A DNA stretch of 28,733 nt from a virus, in IMG/VR virus record IMGVR_UViG_3300035136_000101, one strand, 5' to 3'. The position numbers and the translations under genes are program-made. Below are positions 15,562-25,484 of the stretch, piece by piece (positions within the stretch are counted from its first letter, which is position 1; every line of letters begins with the position of its first letter). The notes below the pieces were generated by a model that saw nothing but the letters and a program-made list of their open reading frames with translations, had not been told where the DNA came from and did no database searches.

Positions 15562-17742
15562 ATGTCAGATGACCAATATAGTCCGTTAGTTCCAGACCAA
15601 ACGTTTTTGAATGAAGTGAAATATGCTGCTCGAGATTTTGTTTCTATTGCTGATGATTTGCTTCGTAGATTAAAAATAGAATATGGTACCGTATATAATG
15701 ATTATGCAAGTACTTCTCAGGGGATAATGTTGAGAGACCTTGTGGCATGGGCTTATGCTGCTTTAACATGGTATTTGGATAGGACTGCATCAGATTGTTT
15801 TTTATCTACAGCAAGGACCAGAAGCGCAGTAGAACGACTTGTAGAACAAATTGCATATAAGATGACACCTGCTTCTCCTGCTGGAACTACGTTGGTTTTG
15901 ACTTTTCCTGGTGGAACTACATCAGGATTCATAATGAAAGATCGGTGGAGATTTCAAGGACCAAATGGATTGACTTTTGAGTCTTATGCTAAAATAACGC
16001 AATCATCTGCTTTGTCAGAAGGTGCAACAATAAATGTAGATGTAAGGCAAGGTGATACTAGGATATTAACTTATACTGCAAATGGTAGTAAGAATCAGAC
16101 ATATAGATTAGCCAATATTTTAGAAGATCGTTTTCTTGCTGTAGACGCTACTGAAGTATGGGTTGATGGTCAGTTGTGGGAAGAAAAGGATTTTTTAGAG
16201 TATGAAAAAACAAATCATTATGAGATTAGTTATTTAGCTAATCCACCGATTATTAGATTTGGTGATGGATTGGCAGGTAATATACCTGCGTCTGGTTCTG
16301 AGATAAAAATTCGTTTTTTGATTATTGATGGTAAAAATGGTAATGTAAGAAGTAATACAATACAATCTTCTATTGATACTTTGACGATAAATGGGCAACC
16401 TGTTTTATTTGATGTTAACAATACAAATCGTGCTGTAGGTGGATTAGATCCAGAAGATGCTGAGAAAGCAAAACGTTTGGCTCCTTCAAGTTTTGCTGCT
16501 CGTGGTGCTGCAATAACACAACAAGATTACGAGGCTCTTTCAAATAGTTTTGTAGATCCAGCATATGGGGCAGTTGCAAAAGCATATGCTGTTAATCCAA
16601 GGAGTTTTTATAGTGATACAGTATTTAATGCATTAGTTGTTGATATTCAAACGTTGCTTTTATCTTTTTCTAGTATTATTGGAGCAATGGAAGAGTCAGT
16701 AATTATTGATGCTGCATCTTTGACAACAGCTTTAGCATCAATAGAGACATCAGTGGATGAATTAGACACCTTAAGGCAACAAATATATAGTTGGTCTGGG
16801 GCTGCTTCTGCTGGTGCTTCTTCTGCTAGAAGTTCAATGAATGAGGCTTCTTCTAGAAGTACATTGGCTATGAATTTAGCTAATGATGCAATAAATACTG
16901 GTGAAGCATTAGTTCAATATATTCAGGATGGAAATACTAATATTGATCATATTTTGGCAGAAGTTAATAATATGCTTGTAGATATAACGGGTTCTCATCA
17001 GGAATCTACACAAGCTGCAAGTGTCGCATCTTCTGCATCTTCTGCTATAGAAAATGTTGTATTGTTAAATTCTAATAATATAATGAATGCTACTAATACA
17101 GATGGGGCTGTAGATATAGAAGTTAATAATATAGTTTCTCAAATATCTTCTTTGGCTATTCATATTAGTAATATTCAAAGTACTTTATCTTCTATAGATG
17201 GTAATTTTGATTCATTATCTTCTCAAATTAATTTAATTATGTCAGATATGAAAGATAGAATAGGCGTTTTATTTTCTGATGATTGTTTGTCAAATTATGT
17301 TCAGGTTCCTATTTTGTCATTAGATTTAGATGGTAATTATTCTTCTCCATCTATTGGATTGAGGTCTGCGTTACAAGAATATTTGGATGGAATAAAAGAA
17401 GTTACACAAGTTGTAGAGGTTGTTGATGGAATTTCTGTTCTTATTTTGGCTGACATTTCTATAAAAGTTAAGATTATTGAAGCATATGTTATTTCTGAAG
17501 TTAAATCTCAGATTGAATCTGTTGTTATAAGTCTTTTAAAGGGAAGAGAGTTTAATCAACCATTATATTTGTCTGATTTATATGATATTGTTACAGAATC
17601 TTCGGCTGGGATTAATTATGTGAATATTTCTATAACTGGACCAACTGATTATTTAGTAGATGGAAATCTTATTCCAGATTCAAATCAAGTGATAGTATTG
17701 GGAAGTCTTGTTATAAAAAATGAAATAGGAGAAATATTATAA
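15562..17742 (+). CDS. baseplate J-like (gp6 / gpJ) protein, extended to 726 aa
   Basis: The N-terminal region (FLNEVKYAARDFVSIADDLLRRLKIEY…GIMLRDLVAWAYAALTWYLDRTASDCFLSTARTRSAVERLVEQIAYKMTPASPAGTTLVLTF) fits the Baseplate_J consensus. It lies directly after the gp25-like gene and overlaps the next gene by TAATG. Confidence 0.7.
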   Translation: MSDDQYSPLVPDQTFLNEVKYAARDFVSIADDLLRRLKIEYGTVYNDYASTSQGIMLRDLVAWAYAALTWYLDRTASDCFLSTARTRSAVERLVEQIAYKMTPASPAGTTLVLTFPGGTTSGFIMKDRWRFQGPNGLTFESYAKITQSSALSEGATINVDVRQGDTRILTYTANGSKNQTYRLANILEDRFLAVDATEVWVDGQLWEEKDFLEYEKTNHYEISYLANPPIIRFGDGLAGNIPASGSEIKIRFLIIDGKNGNVRSNTIQSSIDTLTINGQPVLFDVNNTNRAVGGLDPEDAEKAKRLAPSSFAARGAAITQQDYEALSNSFVDPAYGAVAKAYAVNPRSFYSDTVFNALVVDIQTLLLSFSSIIGAMEESVIIDAASLTTALASIETSVDELDTLRQQIYSWSGAASAGASSARSSMNEASSRSTLAMNLANDAINTGEALVQYIQDGNTNIDHILAEVNNMLVDITGSHQESTQAASVASSASSAIENVVLLNSNNIMNATNTDGAVDIEVNNIVSQISSLAIHISNIQSTLSSIDGNFDSLSSQINLIMSDMKDRIGVLFSDDCLSNYVQVPILSLDLDGNYSSPSIGLRSALQEYLDGIKEVTQVVEVVDGISVLILADISIKVKIIEAYVISEVKSQIESVVISLLKGREFNQPLYLSDLYDIVTESSAGINYVNISITGPTDYLVDGNLIPDSNQVIVLGSLVIKNEIGEIL

Positions 17743-20700
17743 TGTCAGAAAGTCCAAGATATAATTGGCCTATTCCACAATGGAATGCTGATTGGCAATC
17801 ATGGCAGCAAAGATTTGAAGATCTTTCAAATGATATTGATTCTACTGTATTTTCAAATATGGAAGGATCTAAGTGTATATTTTATCAGCTTCCAAATGCT
17901 AGAGTTTATGATGATTCAGGTACTTATAAACTTGAGATGCTTTCTGATTTGATTCTTATTTCAAGAACTTATAATATGAAAGTTACGGTTGATTCATCAA
18001 GTGATTTAGTACTGATTCCATATAATTTGATAGGATTAACGTTTACTGCTGGAACTGTGGAAGAAACCACGGTTGAGTTCGAATTATTTAATACAGCACC
18101 AATAGATTCAGACGTTCATATTTTTGGATATGTTACAGCGGATTATTCAATAAATTGGTTTAATGGTTCAGTATTTGCTGATGGTGAAGATGCTAGACAA
18201 ATGTTTTCTTTTTTGGCATCTACAGGTGCTGATACAAATAAAGTAAAAGTTACCAATGCTGATACTACAGCTGATTTTCTAAGTAGTAAAATAACTTCTG
18301 GTTCAAATATTACGATTAATGTTTTAAATCCAGGTGGTGATGAAGAATTAGAAATAGTTGCAACTAGTGGGTATTGGAGTAGAAATGCAGTTCCAGCATA
18401 TGTGTATCCAACTACAGATACTGATGCTATGAGAATAGGAGATGGTAGTGTTTCAGTTCCAGGTATTGCATCGAAAACGTATGTTGATACAGGGTTTAGA
18501 TGGGATGTAACAGAATCTCCATCTAGTAGTAATGAAGATAGTATATATTTTGTTTCAGAGGGTAATGATGTTGCGTCAGTTTATTATGATAATACTACTT
18601 CAGAACAAGTTATTTCTTTTGTTGATGAAGCTACAAATGATAATGCAACAATAAGAAAAAGAATGGTACCAGGTACAGCATCAGATTTAGTTGTTTTTAA
18701 TATTGAAGTAGAAGGAGGAGTAAATACAGATGGTTCTCAGTTGATTTTAAAATCAATGACTAATGATGATACATCTCATCTTCAGACTTCTACTGTTGAA
18801 ATTGAAAGTATTGCTTCAGGATTGGATGCTTTGTCTGTATTAAAAGCATCAACTGGAGTAGGTGCTACATCTGGTACTGCTGAAGTACAAATTTTAGCAG
18901 AGGGATATAATGATGTAAATTGTTTAATTAGAGCTCAAGATTTGGCTGCACATACAACATCGATAGTGATATTATCTGATGGTGGGTCAGTATCGGATGT
19001 TTCGATTAAAGCAGAAGGAACTGTTCAATCAAATGCAGAATTTGGTACAGACCCAAGTACTGGTTATGCATATACAGATTTGTTTGCTATATCAACAGAT
19101 TCGTTATCAAGTATGGAGATAATTTCACAATCTGGTGGTGGTGGAAATATTGATGCTGAACTTGATATAAAAGCATTAAATAATGGTGCAGATGCATATG
19201 ATGATGCAACTGTAGTTGTTAGAAGTTATGCTGTTGCAGGTTATGCATCTGTAGTAATTGGTGCTCCAAGTACTGAGGATGTTATATTATCTGTAAGTGA
19301 TTCTGTATTTTTTAAATTTGCAGATGTAGATAAACTAGAGGTTTATCATTCTACTGATACAGTAGTGTTTAGTACCTTTGAACCAGATGATACGTTATCT
19401 GTATTAGAATTTAGTCATAAGAAGTATGCTGGAACAAGTGAAGCTGCGATTGAATTTAATGTTATTGGTGACACTGGAACAGGTGGGTCTAGATTTACTA
19501 TAAATAGTTATAATTATGAAACTACAGATAAAGCAGATATTGAGATTTATGCTAATGGTGGTACTCCCAAAATTGATATTGTAGCAACTTCTACAGGTAG
19601 TGGATTGGCAGAAGTAAATTTGTATGCTGATGGTAATGTAACTGGAGATGGAGAAGTAGATATATTAGCTACAAGTGCAACATCAAATGCTTTTGTTCAT
19701 ATTGCTGCAGAGGGAAATGTTAGTGGAATAGTGTATGTTGGATCGATATCAACAGATATAGTTGCTTTTACTGATGTATCTTCATCTGCTATTCATGGTG
19801 TATGGTCTGAAGATGCAATTCCTTTTTCTATTAGTCCATCAGAATGGACAACGTACAATTCAAATTTTGGTGAAGTATCATTATTGGCTGCATTAAATGT
19901 GGCATATACTTCAGGTGGTGGTAGTGTATCTGAGCCTGCTGGACAGATTGTGTATGGTACAGGAGCTGGTGTTGATTCCTCTTCTATATTTATGTGGGAT
20001 ACTGTAAATAGTGTTCTTATAGTAGGTCATAATGGTACTAGACAAGCTACATCTTTAGATAGTAAGGCTGAAATTCAAGATGGAATAACATCAGGAAAGT
20101 GGACAACTACATTAGCAGATTCATCAGCGTTATCATTTATAAGAAGTTATAATGTTTCTGTAGGTTCTCATACTGCTGTTCCTGCAGATGGTTATCTTGG
20201 TGAGATTAATTTTTATGGATCTACAGGAAGTGCATGGGCTGAAGGTGCTCGTATTATAGTTTCTGCTGCTAGTACTTTTTCTGGAACAAATTCTGGGTCT
20301 GATTTAAGTTTTTATATAACAGAAAAAACTACTACTACTCCAGCATTGGCTATGCGTCTTGATTCTAATGGATATCTTTCGATTACGGATTCATCTTCTG
20401 CTGCAGCAACGGCTGCTCTTGAGATATTTGGCAATGGAGATAATACATATGATAATATATTAGCTTTGTCGTTTTTTAGTGATTATACAGGTGAGCGACC
20501 GATGGTTAGGATAAGAAAATCTCAGACTGATACTATTGGGAATCATGGTGCTGTTTCTTATGGATCGGCATTAGGTGAGATAGTTTTTCAAGCATCAAAT
20601 GGAACATCGTTTGCAAGTGCTCTTGAACTTAGGACTGTTGCTACAAGTCCATGGTCTGGGTCATCAGAAGGAGCAAAATTAGAATTATGGCAATCTCTTG

Positions 20701-21725
20701 CTGGAGATACTGGTATTGAAAGAGCGGTTGTAATTTATAGGGGTGGTGAATTATTAACAGCGAGTGGATATTCAACAGTACACATGCATATAGGTGATGA
20801 TGGTGATCATGAATCACTTGTTATAAGAGCTAATAATTTATTTGTATTTCAAGATGTTAATACTTTAGATGATTCTTATATGGGTGGTAATCTTGTTGTT
20901 GGTGGTGGAAATGATTTTGATGGGTCATATTTGTCTGATTCTATAATTGTTGGTGATTCTAATAGTTTCACTACTTCTTCAGGATTGATTTATAGAGGAA
21001 ATTCTAATACTATATCATCAGTTCAAGATTCATTATTATTGTTGACTAGTACGAATCCAACTAATATTACAAAATCTATTGCTATTTGTACTAGTTCTAC
21101 TTTTCAAAACTGTAGTAATACAATTGCTGTTGGTTCTGCGCATGTTTGTCAAAACAGTAGTTATAGTTTAATGCTTGGATATGGATGTTATAGTGATACG
21201 CATCCTGGTGTAGTTGTTAGAGGGCAAAGGTCAAAGGCTGATTTTGATTATGGTGAATTTTTTACAGCTGGAAGACTCGATGGTTCTACATTAGGTAGTT
21301 CTCAAGCATTTAAAGCTATTCCAATGATGTATAGAACTACTGATACTACACCAACGGTTCTTACTACTACTGGTTCTGGAACTACTTCTCCTTTAGTGAT
21401 AGAAGAAGAATATCTATATTGTTTTGAATGTCGTTTAGTTGGTACAGCACATGGGGCTACTGTTGATGCAATTGAGATTTGGGTTTGGGATGTTGAGGTG
21501 TGGAGGAATTCTGTGAATGGTATACAATTTCATGAAACAGAGAGATATCATATTGCTTTAAGTGGTGGAGTTGGGAATGCAAGTTGGCAAAAAAATGATA
21601 CGGATCATACATTAGAACTTGAAGTTCAAGGTACAGGTAGTGAACTTCTTGAAGTTGATTGGTTTGCTCATATATGGGGAGGAGTTAAGCTTAAAACTAC
21701 TTATGATGAAATATATGGTGGGTAG
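17742..21725 (+). CDS. large distal baseplate / tail fibre-like protein (1327 aa)
   Basis: Sits immediately after the J-like gene. Long Ser/Thr/Gly-rich repetitive beta-type sequence (…TGSGLAEVNLYADGNVTGDGEVDILATSATSNAFVHIAAEGNVSG…) is typical of fibres. I recognise no conserved gpI N-terminus. Confidence 0.4.
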   Translation: MSESPRYNWPIPQWNADWQSWQQRFEDLSNDIDSTVFSNMEGSKCIFYQLPNARVYDDSGTYKLEMLSDLILISRTYNMKVTVDSSSDLVLIPYNLIGLTFTAGTVEETTVEFELFNTAPIDSDVHIFGYVTADYSINWFNGSVFADGEDARQMFSFLASTGADTNKVKVTNADTTADFLSSKITSGSNITINVLNPGGDEELEIVATSGYWSRNAVPAYVYPTTDTDAMRIGDGSVSVPGIASKTYVDTGFRWDVTESPSSSNEDSIYFVSEGNDVASVYYDNTTSEQVISFVDEATNDNATIRKRMVPGTASDLVVFNIEVEGGVNTDGSQLILKSMTNDDTSHLQTSTVEIESIASGLDALSVLKASTGVGATSGTAEVQILAEGYNDVNCLIRAQDLAAHTTSIVILSDGGSVSDVSIKAEGTVQSNAEFGTDPSTGYAYTDLFAISTDSLSSMEIISQSGGGGNIDAELDIKALNNGADAYDDATVVVRSYAVAGYASVVIGAPSTEDVILSVSDSVFFKFADVDKLEVYHSTDTVVFSTFEPDDTLSVLEFSHKKYAGTSEAAIEFNVIGDTGTGGSRFTINSYNYETTDKADIEIYANGGTPKIDIVATSTGSGLAEVNLYADGNVTGDGEVDILATSATSNAFVHIAAEGNVSGIVYVGSISTDIVAFTDVSSSAIHGVWSEDAIPFSISPSEWTTYNSNFGEVSLLAALNVAYTSGGGSVSEPAGQIVYGTGAGVDSSSIFMWDTVNSVLIVGHNGTRQATSLDSKAEIQDGITSGKWTTTLADSSALSFIRSYNVSVGSHTAVPADGYLGEINFYGSTGSAWAEGARIIVSAASTFSGTNSGSDLSFYITEKTTTTPALAMRLDSNGYLSITDSSSAAATAALEIFGNGDNTYDNILALSFFSDYTGERPMVRIRKSQTDTIGNHGAVSYGSALGEIVFQASNGTSFASALELRTVATSPWSGSSEGAKLELWQSLAGDTGIERAVVIYRGGELLTASGYSTVHMHIGDDGDHESLVIRANNLFVFQDVNTLDDSYMGGNLVVGGGNDFDGSYLSDSIIVGDSNSFTTSSGLIYRGNSNTISSVQDSLLLLTSTNPTNITKSIAICTSSTFQNCSNTIAVGSAHVCQNSSYSLMLGYGCYSDTHPGVVVRGQRSKADFDYGEFFTAGRLDGSTLGSSQAFKAIPMMYRTTDTTPTVLTTTGSGTTSPLVIEEEYLYCFECRLVGTAHGATVDAIEIWVWDVEVWRNSVNGIQFHETERYHIALSGGVGNASWQKNDTDHTLELEVQGTGSELLEVDWFAHIWGGVKLKTTYDEIYGG

Positions 21726-21746
21726 TAATAATATGAGAGGTATTTG

Positions 21747-22625
21747 ATGAATATATATTATATAAATTTGGACCGTTCAGAAGATAGAAGAGAAAAAATG
21801 GAGAAATCTTTTGAGCATGAAAAATTAATAAGGATATCCGCTATAGATGGCATGGAATGGGCTATTGAAGATACGTTTGATACTAGAGGGTTTCCTGTAT
21901 GGAATTTAGAGTATCGTGATAAATTTGTTAATGAAGGTATATTATTTGAAAATAGTATTCTTCCACCAACTCATGTTGCGTGTAATTTAAGTCATAGAAA
22001 GGCTATTCAGGAGTTTTTGAATACTGATGATGAATGGGCAATTATTATGGAGGATGATGTTGAAAAGTCAAAAGCTTATTTTAAAGATGGAGAATTGATA
22101 GAAAAAAAAGTAGTTATTCCTAGTGATGCTGATATGTTTTATTTATGTGGGACAAGACCAGATAGACGGATATACGTTTTTGATGATGGTCAAGTTAGAA
22201 AAACTAGGACATTGATGGGATATTGTATATCAAGAAGAGGTGCTGAATTATTTTTAAAATCAACAATACCAATGATGTGGCTTTCTGATTATCAATTTCC
22301 TGTTTGTTGTTTTGATAGTATGTTAAATAATATAAGAGAGATTAAAATAAGAGATAGAAAAATAGTTTTTAAAAAGCGTATATTATTTAAAGAGAACAAA
22401 GATGATAAAGGAAATATTATAAGGAAGAAAAAGGAATGTGTTTCATTTTCAATTCCAAATAAAGATAACTATAGGACTATAAAACCAATTTTTCCAAAGG
22501 AAATAGAAAGTGAAGAAAAGATAAAAGCTTTTGCTGATAAAAAAGATGGTTTAATAAGACATTCTATTTTGTCTAAGCAATCATTACTTGGTAATTATGA
22601 AGGACATGGGAAAAGATTTTATTGA
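21747..22625 (+). CDS. glycosyltransferase family 25 (LgtB/Lic2A-type LOS glycosyltransferase-like)
   Basis: The N-terminus NIYYINLDRSEDRREKMEKSFEHEKL…ISAIDG matches the GT25 signature (IsL.rs.eRR…AvDG). I place the start at ATG 21747, 6 nt after a GAGAGG RBS. The track's start at 21744 is a TTG. Confidence 0.7.
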   Translation: MNIYYINLDRSEDRREKMEKSFEHEKLIRISAIDGMEWAIEDTFDTRGFPVWNLEYRDKFVNEGILFENSILPPTHVACNLSHRKAIQEFLNTDDEWAIIMEDDVEKSKAYFKDGELIEKKVVIPSDADMFYLCGTRPDRRIYVFDDGQVRKTRTLMGYCISRRGAELFLKSTIPMMWLSDYQFPVCCFDSMLNNIREIKIRDRKIVFKKRILFKENKDDKGNIIRKKKECVSFSIPNKDNYRTIKPIFPKEIESEEKIKAFADKKDGLIRHSILSKQSLLGNYEGHGKRFY

Positions 22626-22628
22626 TAG

Positions 22629-23195
22629 ATGAAGAAAGAAGAGGGTTATAAAGGTATGAAATATCGAGATGTTGATGCGTTGTTGAAGATTTTTAAAAAG
22701 CTTGCTAAGACAGTTGAAGTTATTCCAAGGTGGGAAAATGCTAAACGTGTAAAAGTATTAAAGGAGATTATTGGACCTATTGATATAGCGCGTGAAGTAA
22801 CTGATGAGATGAAATCTTATTATGAGAAACAAGATAAGATATTTGAAAAACATGGTACGCCAGTTTCTAGTCAAGGTGGAATGGGTTACAGGATTGAAAA
22901 TTGGGGACCAGTTAATGAAGAAATTGCTATTTTAAAAGAAGAGAATAAAGATCTTTTAGAGAAGGAAAGAGAAAGAAAAAAAGATATAGAACTTTTACTT
23001 GATAAGGATGTTGAAGTTAATATTGAACCAATTGATTATGAATGGTGTGGAGATTTAATTGATGGGAATGATCTTGTTGTATTAATGGATTTTAATCTTG
23101 TAAATGAACCTATGTCTGATGAAGAAGCTGAAGAAGCTGAAGATGCAAAACTTAAAAATATTAGGAATCAGAAAAAAAGAGCAAGAAAGAAATAA
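22629..23195 (+). CDS. hypothetical charged (Lys/Glu-rich) protein (188 aa)
   Basis: A complete ORF that abuts the GT25 gene. I recognise no family. Confidence 0.35.
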   Translation: MKKEEGYKGMKYRDVDALLKIFKKLAKTVEVIPRWENAKRVKVLKEIIGPIDIAREVTDEMKSYYEKQDKIFEKHGTPVSSQGGMGYRIENWGPVNEEIAILKEENKDLLEKERERKKDIELLLDKDVEVNIEPIDYEWCGDLIDGNDLVVLMDFNLVNEPMSDEEAEEAEDAKLKNIRNQKKRARKK

Positions 23196-23213
23196 TAGGG
23201 AGTAAAGTAAAAA

Positions 23214-25478
23214 ATGTCTCTAGTTTCTAGTAGTATAAATAAGTCTAGGATAAAGTTTCGTTTTGCTGAAAGATATGCTAGTGATGCAGCAAATATTCAG
23301 ACAGGAGTGAATAGTCCTGGTGTTTATAGAGGTGCAGAAGTATTAGAATCTGAAGGTGGAGCAGATACTTCTTTTAGAATTGAGCTCGGACCAGAAAATG
23401 ATTCATTGATTCTTCATCAGAATATTACAAATGGAATGGCCACAGTTGTTAGATTGGAATCAAGAGTCATATTAGATATGAGTTCTCAAACATGGCCTAT
23501 TCCTTCAGATGTTGAATGGGTTGTTTATATGGTTGTTAATTATCAGGATTTTCAGGATACGACTGGAGCTTTTGAGGTTGATATTCCATCTAATGTTCCT
23601 GATGATGCAGTTATTCTTGCTCATATATTGATGCAATCTGGTGATATTTCTATATTGCAATCAAGAATTAGGACTGATGGTAGTTATAGGGATAAGGTTT
23701 TAGGTAAGAAAGGGATACTTGTAAGAAGAAAAATTGAAAAAACTACTAGTAGTGCAACAAGATTTCAACTTACAGGTAGGATATCATTTGTTGATAAAAC
23801 GTATAATTGGGCTGGGAAAGTTAGACTTGTAGTCGGAATAAGTAATGATACAGGGATGATTGGAAGTAATGGTGGTGCGATATCTGCTGGGTCATGGTAC
23901 ACACAAGAAATTGGTGGTAGTGCAATAACTGTATCAGATTTGGATGAAGATGGTTGTTATACTGATCCATGGATTTCTATGTCATTTCTTGATGTTTCTG
24001 AATCTAATTGGACTGGAACGTTTGCTGTTGTTTATTGGGAATTTGTAGAGTTTGAAAATCTTGATACTGATGATGCTGTTGCTACAGATGTAAATCCTCA
24101 TGCAAACAATGTTTATTGTAAAGAAAATACAACATATACTGATGCACAATTATCTAATGGTTCATTAACTAGTCAGATTAGTAGTTTATTGTATCATATA
24201 CAACAGAGGATTAAGGATATTCATCCAGATTCTGTTTCATCTTCATGGACTTTATTATGGAGGTCAAACAATGTTATATTTGATTCTAATGTAGATGAAA
24301 AAACTGTATCGGTTTATTTTTCTAGTGAAGGTATTCTTGTATGCAAGGGTGGGTATATGAGTGGTACCAATGATTTTCATATAAATGAAATTGGTTATTG
24401 TTCTGTAGTATTTATAGATGATGACAAAATTTATAAAATGGTGAGGTCATTTATAAGTGCTCCTACTTCTGTAGATATACGCTATGATGGAGATTGGGAT
24501 TCTTGGGATAGATATGGAGCAGGCCTTTTTACATTTGGAACAAGTGGTGTTCAACGTTTATTTAATTTTTTTGAGTATGGAACTGCAAAAATGGCAGCAT
24601 TGCCTAATGAAGGAGGAAGAGATTTTCGTTTAGAAATTCTTCGTTTGGCAGAACATGTTCGTGTTTATTATACAAATCCTGATGATGGTGCATCTTTTGA
24701 AATTGCATGTGGTTGTTATTGGGATGACTCCGTTAATTTATGGAAAAGAGTAGGTACACAAGAATTTAATAGTGTATTATATTCTTTTACTAGGTCTGGA
24801 TTTGTTTTTTTTAATAAAAATCGTAATGATGCAAATTGGACAACTGGTTGGAGTTCAACGGATTTTTCTGTATCATGGTCATTTTCAGATGATACGAGTT
24901 TTTCACCGATTAAGTTAGTTGGTTCAATAAAAGAAGAATGGGATGTAGATTTTAGGGTTGTTTTATCAAATGATTTGATAAAGGCAATGGGAAAATTTGT
25001 AGGATGGGACGGTGTTGAGAGAGGAAAAAAACTTTTTTATAGAGGTGAAAGATTAATTGTACCTTCAACTGGCAATTTTTCAGTAGTAAAGAAAAGTGGT
25101 CTTAATGCGGATATAGTAGTAAGTGCTCCGACTAGTTGGGGATTTACCGCTGGAGGTCTTATATATTTAGTTGATTCTTTAGAAGGTGCAGCTATTTATA
25201 CTCTTGTTAGTGATAGAATAAATTTAATTGGATGGAATTTAGGAATAAATCCTGGTTCTCATATTTGTTTGAGAGGTGATGGAGTTAATAAATCATGGTT
25301 GGTTAAAGAAGTTTATGAGTTGGGTGGTGCAACAAATAATACATCATGTATCGTAGAAACTAATAGTGGTGTTGATAATGTTCCAACATCTGTAGGAACG
25401 AAAAAAGCGTATTATGTACCAAATTTTGATTTAGGAAGTGAAGTAACAGCTGTTTATACAATAAAATTGTTTGGATGA
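23214..25478 (+). CDS. hypothetical large protein (754 aa); its position suggests a tail fibre or receptor-binding protein
   Basis: A complete ORF with a GGGAG RBS. I recognise no family. Confidence 0.35.
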   Translation: MSLVSSSINKSRIKFRFAERYASDAANIQTGVNSPGVYRGAEVLESEGGADTSFRIELGPENDSLILHQNITNGMATVVRLESRVILDMSSQTWPIPSDVEWVVYMVVNYQDFQDTTGAFEVDIPSNVPDDAVILAHILMQSGDISILQSRIRTDGSYRDKVLGKKGILVRRKIEKTTSSATRFQLTGRISFVDKTYNWAGKVRLVVGISNDTGMIGSNGGAISAGSWYTQEIGGSAITVSDLDEDGCYTDPWISMSFLDVSESNWTGTFAVVYWEFVEFENLDTDDAVATDVNPHANNVYCKENTTYTDAQLSNGSLTSQISSLLYHIQQRIKDIHPDSVSSSWTLLWRSNNVIFDSNVDEKTVSVYFSSEGILVCKGGYMSGTNDFHINEIGYCSVVFIDDDKIYKMVRSFISAPTSVDIRYDGDWDSWDRYGAGLFTFGTSGVQRLFNFFEYGTAKMAALPNEGGRDFRLEILRLAEHVRVYYTNPDDGASFEIACGCYWDDSVNLWKRVGTQEFNSVLYSFTRSGFVFFNKNRNDANWTTGWSSTDFSVSWSFSDDTSFSPIKLVGSIKEEWDVDFRVVLSNDLIKAMGKFVGWDGVERGKKLFYRGERLIVPSTGNFSVVKKSGLNADIVVSAPTSWGFTAGGLIYLVDSLEGAAIYTLVSDRINLIGWNLGINPGSHICLRGDGVNKSWLVKEVYELGGATNNTSCIVETNSGVDNVPTSVGTKKAYYVPNFDLGSEVTAVYTIKLFG

Positions 25479-25484
25479 TAAAAT

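Noticed and set aside
21744-21746. The track's start for the GT25 gene (MMNIYY…).
   Set aside because: The first codon is TTG. The ATG at 21747 is optimally spaced from the GAGAGG RBS.
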